Assembly: GCA_964016885.1 (NCBI GenBank)
Contig: OZ024740.1
Span: 330,584,001-330,648,000 of the forward strand
Reading direction: 5' to 3'
From: Eledone cirrhosa
Lineage: Eukaryota
Length of the DNA: 64,000 bases
The position numbers and the translations under genes are program-made. This document shows, piece after piece, positions 41,979 to 55,464 of this stretch (its first letter is position 1; every line of letters starts with the position of its first letter). The notes beneath the pieces were generated by a model that saw only the letters and a list, made by a program, of their open reading frames with translations, ran no database searches and was not told the origin of the DNA.

Positions 41979-41980
<2 letters not shown>
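41215..41980 (+). mobile_element. CRE-clade non-LTR retrotransposon 3' fragment (zinc knuckle plus restriction-like endonuclease), disrupted
   Basis: PHTGAWLHALP...VSLRL...CRC...GRHPRHPALNDII...LEP..LDRGDGKSPDGMTIFP...DATCTDTFA...KY...VETSGVLG...[11 protein letters not shown]. Confidence 0.85.
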
Positions 41981-42013
<33 letters not shown>

Positions 42014-42060
42014 TATATATATATATATATATATATATACAGTATATATATATATATACA

Positions 42061-42094
<34 letters not shown>

Positions 42095-42143
42095 TATATA
42101 TATATATATATATATACAGTATATATATATATATATATATACA

Positions 42144-42222
<79 letters not shown>

Positions 42223-42260
42223 CATACATACATACATACATACATACATACATACATACA

Positions 42261-42670
42261 TGGTGGCTGCCAACTCGTTTTCGAGTACGACCACTACTTT
42301 ATATCCATGTAGGAGAACCCCTACTGATGCGCTGAACGAGTGTGTCTTTTTAGTCAAGCCAGCGACTTGAAAACTCTGGTACAAACACTACACTTGTGAC
42401 AATTACTGACACATAGTGCTGGGCCCATTGTACCCTGTGATGACAAGTGCAGAGAGATCTCCAGATATAAAGCAATGCCTGTGCCGTGAAACTTTTATAG
42501 TGAGCAGAGGCACTGCACAAAGCCAATCCCACTCTCTTAACCAAGATGATATTTACCTAAAAGAAGAACAAGTCAACATCATTGGATACCATCAGAGTTG
42601 CAGGTGTTATATCAGAGTTTTCCTTCTCCTAGAATTCTGCCTTGACAAAGGCTAAGGGGTCATCTCTCCC
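42261..42670 (-). mobile_element. Copy 3 (5'-truncated) of the 482-1090 element
   Basis: Reverse complement of 682-1090, preceded by (TACA)n. Confidence 0.75.
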
Positions 42671-42767
42671 GGAAGATATATATATATATCCACACATATA
42701 TACATACATATACATATATATTTACATATATATATATATATAGACATATATATATACATATATATAT

Positions 42768-42800
<33 letters not shown>

Positions 42801-42834
42801 TATATATATCTATATATATATATATAAATTGAGA

Positions 42835-42957
42835 TGAGCAGAACAAACAAACATTAAACAATTCTTTAAATAAATTAAAAAAATGATTGAAATATCTACC
42901 TGTTCGGAATGCTATCACCGGCGGTTTCCATTTACAAAAGATTAGAAATTCAGAGGT
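42835..42957 (-). mobile_element. Family F 3' fragment
   Basis: Reverse complement CTCTGAATTTCTAATCT...GAAACCGCCGGT...ATTGTTTAATGTTT...GCTCA aligns with 14158-14276. Confidence 0.65.
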
Positions 42958-42979
42958 ACTTAGTACTCAGAGAGATATT

Positions 42980-43022
<43 letters not shown>

Positions 43023-44511
43023 GATATATAGTATTCTTCTAAGTATAGTTTTTTCCTAGAAACTATTCATATCTGCTTCTGCAGCTGTTCTAGTTCAGTA
43101 TTATAGTAAGAGTAAGGGTATGAAAAGTGAGATAAAAAAGGAAAATATTTAAAAGATATGGTTTGGGATACGGTGACAATTAAGAGGGGGCGAGGAGGGA
43201 GGATAACTTAGCGTTGGAAAATATAATAAAAATAAAAATAAATAAGTGTTAAAATAGAAAAGGAAAAAAAGGAAAGAGTACAAGAAAAAAGAAATGAACT
43301 AATAAAAATGAATATAATGTATAAGAACAAGCAGAGTATGATGGAGAAAGTTACGAGGTAAGGGATGAAAGTATGGGTTAGAAGCAGTGTTGACAGTTGT
43401 GTGGACGTGTTTGTAAGATGGTAATGACGATGTAGTAGATGATGTGAATCAACAGGTCAGTTTGTATCAGCTGGAGAAATAATTCAGCGTATGATGATGA
43501 TGGGAGTGGTAGAAATTGAAGCTATTTATTATGATTTTGTGGATAAATAAGAGAATATTGCAAACAAAATGTATTGCGAAGAAGATTGGCTGCTCTCGCG
43601 GGAGCCCTTCATCAGTCTCCACGGCAATACATCCGCGGGTTTGTCTGCGGGGTACAGACAAAACACAGCTAAGACTGTCTGTGGGGTCCGTGGCTCCTTC
43701 CCCTTCTCACCTTATTTCGTTATTATATTCCGTTTTTCTTACGCTTTAAGTTTGATTTTTTTGGCGTTTTCTTAGTACCATGTATATCGCAATTTTTTTT
43801 TACCATAATTGAATTTAGTTGGAAGCTAAAATTGTCATGGTTCCTTTCTATGTTTTTGTTTTACAAAAGAATTAAACCACTAATAAATGAAACTAGCCAA
43901 AGAAACAAATGATGATGATGTTAACTGACATATCTTTCCTTATTTTCTTTTTCAGACATTCCTTCTTTCTCCCTTTTTTCATACCCTCATTTTCTTGCCT
44001 TAATGCTGCACATATTCTTCTAACAGCCAGCATTCCTGTGCACCCAGACCACTAAAAGAAAGCCCCAGACTTACACACATTCCCCATTCTGCAATCATGC
44101 TGTCTCTGTTATTGGATGTTTAGTCTTTTAGAACTTGTAATTTCATATGGTAATCCCGAGAGTAAAGAATTATCACGCATCCTACATCTTTGATTCAGCT
44201 CCTAAACTTACACAGTAAGATGTTGTGATAGGTCCCTTAGATTAATGATAAGAGCACTCAGCCGCTCTCTGAGAGATATTTCTCAAGGGCCACTAACAAC
44301 ATGTCTTCCGAATCTACGGTTCTTTACCTAATCTTTAAAACTATTTTAATGCAAGGGAATGTAATTGCTGTAATTTTCTGCATTTGAGCATCCTACGTCT
44401 TATTACAAATTTATTTCTTCGGTCTTTCGTAATTTCAAAAATTCGATATTCACACACGATTTTTATTTACATTTTCAAAAGCTGACTGATTCAGGAAAAT
44501 ATTTTTAGATG

Positions 44512-44580
44512 GTCCTCGGCTCAATGGTGAGAGCACTCAAACAGTATCTAAGAGATACCGTGTTCGATTCCACGCTACCA
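44512..44580 (+). other. tRNA-like relic (SINE head or tRNA pseudogene)
   Basis: GGCTCAATGGTGAGAGCAC (A-box/D-arm-like) and GTGTTCGATTCCAC (B-box/T-arm-like); acceptor and anticodon stems do not pair well. Confidence 0.45.
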
Positions 44581-44750
44581 ACATTCTCCCGTATTTACAC
44601 GATATTTATAAGCAATTTTCTAGCAACTGACTGTAATTGCAGTTAGTTTCGGCGCTTGAGTATTCTACATATTCTCATAGATTTATGTCCTAAGCGCTTC
44701 ATCGTTCCGAAGATACTTCGTACGCGATGTTTATATATATATATATATAT

Positions 44751-44942
44751 AACGAAGGAAATGTGGTAAGGAACCAGGTGGACCATAACGCACCAAAGTA
44801 CTCAATACTTGAGGTAGTAGAGTGGGTAATAGGAACCAGTAAGACCCCGACAGCTGAGCTCAAGCCGTTTCGACGGCTAATTCTGGACTCCAGAATTAGC
44901 CGTCGAAACGGCTTGAGCTCAGCTGTCGGGGTCTTACTGGTT

Positions 44943-44946
<4 letters not shown>
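44751..44946. mobile_element. Family A perfect hairpin (58 bp arms, 1 nt spacer) with 79 nt tail on the left arm
   Basis: 44830-44887 is the exact reverse complement of 44889-44946. Confidence 0.93.
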
Positions 44947-44988
<42 letters not shown>

Positions 44989-47368
44989 TATTTATGCTTT
45001 TATGGACAGAAACATTTAGGTTGTAAACATGCTGGAACATCGCCATTAAGCGAATTTGTCTTTCATATCGACCCTATTATGCTAATAAAAATGTTAAAAG
45101 ATTCGTTCCGTTTTGATGTTAGGATGAAATACCAGTTTACTCAAGTTAGCATGGAAACAAACATTGTCAACGATACAAACATGTTAATGCACAACCACCA
45201 TAACATACCTTAATAGCTTTATTAATTCATTTGCTGCTCTCCAATTTTTATAGTTTGTATTCAAAATTCATAAATTACATTTTTATGTTCGATTTGCGCG
45301 TTGGGAAATTTTCCCTAAAATTCTGAGACAGAGAGTTATTATTAAACTGATTTATTCACAGATATATAATGTTCGTCATCAAAATAATTTTTCGAGCCTT
45401 CAAATGCATTTCCTCGTTGTTAATTTTCTTGATATACTATAGATAATAACACTTACCTCAAAATGTTCTTTACTTATAGAATTGTATTGAGGAGAAAGGA
45501 TGAAGACGATGCCTATAAACACTATAAGTTTAAACTCCTAAATTTTACGATTGAATATCAAATTAAATATTCATTTATTAAGTCTTTTAATGTACAAGTC
45601 TACCTTCTAGGCATGCATTCAAACTCTACCTTAGTTTAAGTGAAACAGGAAAGCGATATCAAACACAACTAAATAACTCAGAAGAAGGATATGTACAAGG
45701 AAATAGAGAACAGGCTATCATAATTATTTGAATAAGAAGCCCGAGAAATACAACGGCTGGAACATTCTAAGTAAAACAACCACGCCGAGCACATTTTGCC
45801 GAGTGAATCAGTTTATAATATAATTTCTCTTCATAGATTTCTCCCGTCATGGGATATAAGAATGTTCTGCTCTACGTCATGGTATTGTTTTTATCCACAG
45901 GAATATTGTTGTGTAAATGCTGATGTTTTCTCCGGAGCATATTTATACATATGATGTTTAATGTTTATGATATTTAATTCAAGTCATCTTATTGCCTTGC
46001 ACAAAAGTGGTTTGACATTATTTCAAATTGAATGCTATGACCTCGACAGCTACCTGCCTGCATATGCATTTCAGAGACAATTCTTATGAGGTGCTGACAT
46101 AGTTTCTTTTGAAAAATCATTGTTAATTTTATTATGTTATGCTTAAAGAAGATTTTAGTACTAATGTTTATGGTGTTAATGATTTCTGCATCATTCATAT
46201 ACTGATCAGTTGTTCTAATGAAACATTTAAGGGAAACATTATTTATTATATGCCGGGTTACAGTAACGTAACAGAGTGGGCTTTGGCTCTAAAGATTCTA
46301 AATTGCGGAGAATATATTTAAAATTGATATGTATGTACATTTAGTTTCTCTATATTTATTCTATCTTTGCGAGATACACATCAAATCGTTTACTACAATT
46401 TGGGTCCAGATGTGCAATATACTACATATAAAGCTTTACAGTGAGGGACGTATATGTATGATTATTGTAATTAATGAAGATTGCAAGAAATATGCATAGA
46501 CATATCCGCTATGGTCTATCTTTTACTCCAGTAGATTTCGATCACATGTTTCTATTCCATTAAGTCTTCAGATGATAGATTTGCTGATAAGAGTGTCACT
46601 GCCTGTGCCGCAAATATACTTATATTGTATACTGAAAGATAACGTTTCAGCTGTTATTCCTGTTTAAAAACAACAGCTTAATAAATGTTATATGGAAGTT
46701 AATCGATTCCAGTCCACGTCAAGCACTACATTCATCCTGCCCATGAATAAGAAAAGCAAATATAATCTGTGTCTGGTTTGCCCTCGGAGAACGTATACAT
46801 AACTGACGAGTAATATTTTTTCAACAATATATATTGTCACCGCACGGAGAGTTGCAGTAATAAAATTGAGAATATATAAAGTGATGCTAATTGATAGTAT
46901 ATCTATAGAAGGTATAGTGTGATTAGGGCTAATTGATAGTATATCTATAGAAGATGCTAGTGTGATTAGGGCTGTGTATCCAAACGTTAAACCAGTGGTT
47001 GCATTGTTAAAGTTCGCAGGTTTGTGGTGAACTAACATATATTTATTGGTGTACATTTCCATAGAGTTCGAATGATAACGATTAACAAAATAGTATTGCT
47101 TAGCTAATCGTAAGCCCAGAGTTATTAACAATTTCAAACGCATATAGATTTTGCCGGGAATAATTCTACTAGTTGTAACACGACAGAAGCAATGCGGGGA
47201 CTTTGGACATTCCTCTCCGAACTTCCTCGGGGTCCCCTTAACTTAACCACTCTGTTTCTTCACCCTACCTTTTAAATCTCAATATGTAAAACCCAACCTG
47301 CATTCTAGCGGCTTCCGAAATATAACAAATGTTCATATTCCCCATTGGCCCAAGCAAACTACAATACG

Positions 47369-47458
<90 letters not shown>

Positions 47459-47498
47459 CACACACATGCACACACACACACTCAATCACTCACTCACT

Positions 47499-47563
<65 letters not shown>

Positions 47564-47583
47564 GTATATATGTATATATATAT

Positions 47584-47614
<31 letters not shown>

Positions 47615-47629
47615 CATATGTATGTATGC

Positions 47630-47669
<40 letters not shown>

Positions 47670-47678
47670 GTACGTATA

Positions 47679-47733
<55 letters not shown>

Positions 47734-47735
<2 letters not shown>

Positions 47736-47922
47736 CGAAGGAGTTGTGGTAAGGAACCAGATGGACCATAAAGCACCAGAGTACTCAATACTTAGGGTAG
47801 TTGAGTGGGTAATAGGAAAATGTATGACCCCGACGGCAGAGTTCAAGCCGTTTCGACGGCTATTTCGGGACTGAAATAGCTGTCGAAACGGCTTGAGCTC
47901 TGCCGTCGGGGTCATACATTTT

Positions 47923-47926
<4 letters not shown>
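47734..47926. mobile_element. Family A hairpin with tail on the left arm
   Basis: 47813-47866 mirrors 47874-47926; tail 47734-47812 is homologous to 44751-44829. Confidence 0.9.
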
Positions 47927-47986
<60 letters not shown>

Positions 47987-48014
47987 TATATATATAGATA
48001 TATATATATATACT

Positions 48015-48062
<48 letters not shown>

Positions 48063-50590
48063 TGTGTGTGTATGTGTGCGTGTATGTGTGTGCGGGCGTA
48101 TGTTTGTGTTTGTAAATACAGAATATGATGGGGAGAAGAGGTATGATCATAAATTATATATTTACATTCATAACTAACCTTAGAACACTATTGTTCGGAA
48201 TTAGATAAATAAAAGTGTGTATACTAATGCTAAAGTATATACTGTATGTGAATTGTTACTGATTTATACAATATTCTAAATCTATCAATATTTTTGGATA
48301 AATGCCAAATAATAGAAGCTACAAATTTGTGTCATTAATTCACCAACTTAGAAAATTGATTTATAGAAATTCCTGATTCTAAACGAAAAAGACTCTATTT
48401 ACAATAATTTCATTTCTTACAACGGGAATAGATTATTAGCTATAATTGATTCCTAAGCCAGACATGAGATCTTGGATTTATAGTAGGCGTATTATCATAT
48501 TTTTTCTCTGGAGGAAAGCCAGTGTAGCAAAGAAGGTGTGATCAGAAGAATATTTTTAGCGACAATATATAAGTAGAAATTATTACATGTGTAAAGTCAA
48601 CACGCTAGTTTTAAGATGAGCGGTCTGAATACTGAATACGCAAAGGTGAATATCTAAATCTTTTATTTATTTTTCATGGAAGGCAATGTTATCTATATTA
48701 TCTTTGTAAAGTATGTGCATAAAAACTTGGTGTCTCACACAAAAGCGTATTAACTGAGAATAGAAAACTAGACGAAACACTTTCTTCTATCGCACATGCA
48801 GTAATGTAACTCTAATTCGCCTATACGTTTAATAAGAATATTGGATCGTGGCTGACGATTAGTCATTAATTGTTTGGAATAGTTAAAACCTACTTAATTG
48901 AAAATTATGTTAAAGATAATAGTTTACTAGAGCAAATGGTTTTCATTGACAGCGCATTGGATTGATGAATAACGTATAGTGACACAGGTGTCTGTTTGAT
49001 CGCAGATCACAATTAATCAAATAACGCCTTCAGATCTGTGTCCCTCTATTTCTAGTACCTTTTACAAAAATTATGAGGACAGATATGTGCATCCAAAACC
49101 ACTTATATAATCCTAGTTTTATTCAAACATAGCCAAGAGAATAGTTTTGTATTGAATAACAAAGTTTATAATATATACAATATTTACAAAATAAACAAAA
49201 TTAGGTCTTGCATTTACTGTACCTAAGAAACAAAAGATGTCGTGGATACTGCTGTAATGCATTTGACATGTTTTCTCATATTATCGAAACCTAAATGACA
49301 ACAATCCATATATGATTGTTATATTGGAGTCATAACTTACTTTCATACAAAGTTCAACGTCAAAAACTCTATGCCCCAATTAACTCGTGAAATTCTGGAA
49401 CAAGCTCCTGTCGATACATTTTAAAAATTGAAAGTCTGTCATAAAATAAATTTATGCCTCTGTATGTATCAAACTCTCCCATGAGCAGCCTTCACTAATC
49501 ATTAAAGATTATAAGATTTTGCCAAGCCAATAACCGGTAACAACTTTCAACTGGTATATTACTTACCGAGAAAATCAACGGCAGACGAGAGAGTGAGACA
49601 CAAGAGATTCCTAACCTAAAGAGAATACATTAATAATCATGACTTGGTTCGATGTATAAATATTTTACCAAATTTAGCTACCAGATAAAGGAAGAAAAGA
49701 AATGAACACGTCTACTAGACAATTTAAGCTTGGCAAACCACCATTAAAAAAACAACGATCTGAAGAGTAGGATGTTTAGGGCATTGAATGAACCGAGGAC
49801 TGGTATTAAACATTTAAAACACATTCAGTTTTAAAATCCATTTTCAGAAATGTATATAGCTTGGTAAATAACCTCCGTATTGATTCTTTTTGTTCCAACT
49901 ATTTTGTTATATATAAAGTAGGTTGCCCCAAAGAGTAGGTACGATGTGAATAAGCAAGCGATCGATACTTGCAAATAATATATCGCTGAGTCATATTACA
50001 TTATGCTGTGGATCTTTAAATAGAAACTTTATTTTTAGTATATGCTCGGCTCTTTAAAACAAGTTATGAGAAAAAAAGTAAAGTACTTTCAATCACCGTC
50101 ATGAACAAATTAACTTTTGTCTAATTCACCCATTCAGGGTATTAATCCTTAGCCTAAGCTCGGCTTTGTTAGTAAAATAATCCGCTACAGTCCACAAATG
50201 ATAATGAAGAAAATGAGTGCAAATCATTAATGACTTAGGTTTGCATAACATCCCCTAGAAGCACACACACACGTGCCGTCGCGCGCGCGCACTCATACGC
50301 ATATATACATATAGTAGTAAAAGGACGTTTCGCTATTGATGGGGGGGCTGTGTGTGTGTGTATGTGTGTGTTACTCTGTGTGGGTGTATGTGTGTGTGTG
50401 TATGTTTACGTTTTTCTAGTTTTCCTGTCTGGATACACTAAACATGCGGTAGATAAAAAAGTATATTTTATATTATCTAATGAGTTTAACGATTTCTATA
50501 CTGTTGAATTAAATGCTACCTCATTCTGTATTTGAATAAAACATGTGTTAATCAAATAAATAATGTATTCAACATTGATTAATTATTTAT

Positions 50591-50655
50591 TGCTGAGTGG
50601 TTAGAAGATTTGATTCGCAATCGTGATGTTGTGAGTTCGATTCCTTTATTTCACG
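50591..50655 (+). mobile_element. tRNA-derived SINE head
   Basis: TGCTGAGTGGTTAG (A box) and GAGTTCGATTCC (B box). Confidence 0.45.
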
Positions 50656-51892
50656 TTGCTCCTTCTTACTGGATTTGCGACCAGTAGATAGTATTAGAAA
50701 CTGGTAATACCAATGGAAACATTGTTTGCTCGGTCCCTTTTCACGAGGTCAGGGATCTTGTTGCTCGACCGTTGATATATATATGATGGTGGTGGTGGTG
50801 GGGTGGGGTGGTCTAAACCTGCGAATCCCAAATTCAGAATGTAGCTAATAACAGTCGATCACTATAGATAATAGCCGTGAATATCGGGGTTCTTACCAGC
50901 GTAGACAGGCAAAGCGGCCAGGGGTGCCTACGGTTAAACTTCTCCAGTACGTGTCGAATATTGTGCAAGTACAATAATTTATTCTGAGTATTTAATAAAA
51001 GGAACGATGTGCTGATACACGGAGATACTGTAAAATAGCTTATAAAATAGGGTTAATACTGTTAATGGTTAATGGTGGAAAAAGATGCTTCCGTCTATTT
51101 GAGATAGAAAAGTAACGTATACCCGTCTATTTCAATCATAGTTAAGGATCGTATAATTTTGTTCAATTATGAACCCATCAACAGAACACAGTTCATGGGA
51201 AATGTGAACTTAATAAATCGATGTAAGATGATGTCACGTAACATTTCACACACAAAGAAAAATGATAAACACTTTGGTATATGTTAAACGTATAAATAAT
51301 ATAATTCTAAAATAACAGAAATTGAAATTCTTCTGCACTATACAATAAAACATATCTACATTACCTATGCACGGAAATGGAAGGTATGGGCTGAGATTTG
51401 AGACAATATAGCACGGTAGGTAACACAGTTTCCTAAGCGACAGGCTGGACGATAGATTACATAGAGTAAGCCACTTGATAAATATATTCGTTGGAACTTA
51501 CAAAGTGGTGATTCTTGTGGGTTATATTCAGTTGAGTCATGATCGACCAGACTTTAATGGACTTTGACGTGCTATAAAAACTTCTCATTTTAGGCTTATA
51601 TATACTAAGAACTGCATACAGGTTAACAGACTGTAACCAATTGTTAATGTAGCGCTTTCAACGTCTGATTAATTCCACTTTGTTTGACTCGATTCCTTCA
51701 CAGATTGATATGGCCTCAATTACTATGCAAAGAAGGGGTGGGAAAAAATATTTATAGATCAATTTCTTTTATCGACTTTTGGATGTTACATAGCTTATTT
51801 TAAAGGAGCTTTGAATGTAATGAATTGCTTATAATCAGAATTCAAATTATTTCTTCGTGACAGGTACGTCCTGAACTTTCAACAAAGTCAGA

Positions 51893-52020
51893 ATTGACCC
51901 CAGTGTGTTACTCATGCTTCATTTTATCGACCCCGTAAAGATAAACAGCGAATCTAACCAAGCTGGGATTTGAACTCAGCACGTAAAGGGCCGTAGGTAT
52001 ATGCCGCAAAGAAGCATTGA
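51893..52020 (-). mobile_element. Meta-like SINE, degenerate
   Basis: TTTTATCGACCCCGTAAAGAT...GGGATTTGAACTCAG mirrors the 37057 family. Confidence 0.6.
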
Positions 52021-52076
52021 AATAATGCATATATATATGTAGAGAGAGAGAGAGAGACGATGTATGGATGTGTGTT

Positions 52077-52143
<67 letters not shown>

Positions 52144-53227
52144 TGTGTATATGCAATCATTTGTTTCAAATTCTCTTTCACTGACTGGCATCTAAAGCAA
52201 GGGTAATTTAACATAGCCTCGGGTCGACCAATGCATTCTGAATGAAACTGTAGATGAACGGTCGAACATTGTACAATGGAATGTACGTGTAATTTAAATG
52301 GCCAACATTCTCCAACACTGTGACACAACTTCAAATTACATTAAAGCTCTACAATGCCGGTTTTAGTAAAACAGTATATAATATGTTTGCTAATCTATTG
52401 ACTCTCACATGTTATATGTTGTATCTTATAGGTCATATTTATTACTGGTTATTTATGGTGTTTCATGAACACTACAGGTGACATAACAATTATCACATAT
52501 TTACTGTTTAGCATATTAATTTGATAACAATCCAAGTTGTCAGAGGTTATATTTATTGCATGTAAGACATGTTATGGACATATTCTCACACGCTCATTGC
52601 AAGAAACATTTGATTATTTGCCATCTATAATTTATATAAATGTATCTAAAGTGAAAAATATAAGGAAATGTGTAAATAGAGTGTGATATTAAATACTGTA
52701 TGTATATTCTATCTATAACAGAAACCAAACAGTGCCTCCACTTTCGATGATGAATATTCGAACATCTAATCGTTCAGCTTCTTAATTTGATACAGTAATT
52801 GATGTTATTTTCTTTATATTACATAGACACGTGTAGCTTCAATGTAACGCACAGCCGGGATCAGTTAGCCGCAATATGTGTAAAATTTTGATCTTTTAAT
52901 CACAGCGACACACATTTTGTTGTCCCGGAATAACAAGTTTGCAAAGTGTTTGCTACTTACATTCTCGGCCAGGCCTCGCACACAAGTAAATAAAAAGCAA
53001 GATTATGATATAATTTATAAAAAAACAACTTATGTAATATAAATGACATGTAAATGTGTCTACACGCAAATAATGGAACCAAAACGGATTTAACATTTAT
53101 TACGAGATTAGCGACACAAACTACCATATTTACGAGACAACAAATTAATATGATTCGATATGCTAGACATGAAAGCTAAATTTATTTAAATGATTGTTTT
53201 TACTTATGCACACGGCCAGCAATTATT

Positions 53228-53372
53228 CCAGTGCATTACTGGTACTTTATTTAATCAGCCCCGTAAGGATGAACGGCAAAGTTAACCACATCGGGATTTG
53301 AACTCAGACCGTAAAGGGCCGTAACTCTATGCTGCATACTATGGCGTCTGATCCTTGACCGATACTGCCAAG
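53228..53372 (-). mobile_element. Meta-like SINE
   Basis: ACTGGTACTTTATTT...CCCCGTAAGGATGAACGGCAAAGT...CGGGATTTGAACTCAGA. Confidence 0.68.
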
Positions 53373-54368
53373 TAAACTTAAAATGTAAATGAACGCATTA
53401 TACAATGTGATCCAATGTAGATATGAAACGACGACAAGCTCGCAACTCGAACGCATATGTTCACCAAACTACTCGATTAAGGCTGTTCTACATTTAAACA
53501 AAACAACGATAACTAATGCAGTCATAATATGAATACAGTATTATGATAGCGCATATTTGTGGAGAATTAACTTCATGAATTAGGTTTGAACTTATAACGT
53601 ATGCAGAAAGATTACGTGTAATCACAAGAAAAAACCTCATCATCGAGTCAACCATTGTTTTGTTTTAATCAGAGACCAAATTATTATAACGGTATTATTA
53701 ATGCCTTGGGGGTGTAGAATGAAAGAATATTGCCTGGAAAGTTAACAAAACGTGTAGAGGTTGTTTAAATAGAAACCAAACGAAATAGATTATAACAGTT
53801 TATATATATAATTGCAAGAAAACCCCAAGAGAATGACTTCCCACTATGTCCAGTAAGAGAAAGCTACAATTAAAAGATTACACTGAATAACAATTGTACG
53901 TGCCGTCACTCAGATATATAAATATGAACACATTTCGAAGCAGCCTATGGAATTTAAGTTTTAATATTCATGTCAATAATTTTAAAGGAACTCATAAGAG
54001 AAAATATTTCTAAAAATAGTATTTGTGTCTGATCAATACATCAGTCAATATACTCATACTCACTTACAAATAATCAAGCATACATGTACACACAGACACA
54101 CACTCACACATACATACACACATACATACATGTATACATACATGCATGCATGCATACATACATGCAAACATGCATACACACTTACATCCATGCATACATA
54201 CATACATGCATATATATATATGTATATATGTGTGTGTATACCTAAATACACACACACTTACGTGCCCACACACATACATTTGTATATATATATATGTGTG
54301 TGAGTGTGTGTGTGTGTGTGTGTGTTATTGTGTGTTTGAGTGTATGTGTGTATATATATATATATATA

Positions 54369-54709
54369 TAATATGAGATCAAAAGATGGTTAAAAGAGTT
54401 CCAAGTATTTTATTATGCGCATTTCAAAAACAAATATCATCATGGGATGATATCTGCGTTCTCATCCGATGAAATAGGGAGACGTGATATGAGGCTTAAA
54501 AAACACTTGTGAGCAGTGAACTTTTAAATCAACGCAGATATCATCCCATGATGATATTTGTTTTAGAAATGCGCATAATAAAATACATGGAACTCTTTTA
54601 ACCATCTTTTGATCTTATATTATTTATACTCCAGTCCTACTATTTGTAGAGTGCTACTTAGCCGATATTTGCATTGCTTTATTGTGCTACAATAAAACTT
54701 ACCTCCTAC
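54369..54709. mobile_element. Family H hairpin (54369-54460 / 54531-54623) with ~86 nt tail on the right arm
   Basis: Near-perfect inverted arms; decayed HHR-like ATGATGA...GAAA tgcgca TA; TA-rich flanks. Confidence 0.75.
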
Positions 54710-55354
54710 ATATATATATATGTACGTGTATATATTTACATATAATTTTATTAAAATGTAATGAAATTGATTCTTAGACGAACATTTGAATAAAGTTATT
54801 AAACATTATATTGCTGTATGTCCCCCTTATTTTCAAATGCATTTTGTATTCTATGTGCACGCGTGCGTGCTTATGTGTATATGCATGTGTGCGTCAGTAC
54901 TTAGACCTAAAAACTGACAGGAAATACACCGCACGTTGTTGAGTCACCTGAGATATAACTATCATAACAGGGACGGTACTGATAATGGCGCGGACGGAGA
55001 AAACGAAGAAGAAGAAAGAAGACAGAAGAAGGAATACGCTGCAGCTGCTTCTGAAGAAAATGTGCAGAAATGGATGATGGTGATTTGAAAACAACAGGAA
55101 ATAATCGATGATGATAATGACTACGCGATTGCGAAGGAGGGGATGGTGGCACGGTAACGACGTAGATGATGAGTACGATGGCAATAGGGAGGAGAAAAAT
55201 AGGGAGAACAATATTCATGGGGACGTGGGCGATGATAATGGCGCTGATCATGATAATGATGATGATGAATGGTGATGGTGATGACAAGGTTAATGAGAGC
55301 GGGAGAGTTGAGGAATATACTGACGATAAGCAAGATTAATGAAAGAAGCTGAAA

Positions 55355-55387
<33 letters not shown>

Positions 55388-55433
55388 CATCACCACAACC
55401 ACCATTTCTTCTACTACTTCTATTATGATTTTT

Positions 55434-55464
<31 letters not shown>

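Noticed and set aside
43570-43635. Minus-strand CTGATGA within a TGTATTGC/GCAATACA hairpin
   Set aside because: No GAAA or stem III downstream, so not callable as a hammerhead
46688-47143. 151 aa minus-strand ORF
   Set aside because: Partly built from a tandem duplication, with no domain or splice support
52930-53000. Minus-strand GTAAGT donor next to a short GC-richer patch (possible micro-exon)
   Set aside because: No clear acceptor or reading frame; needs RNA-seq. Small host exons elsewhere cannot be excluded either
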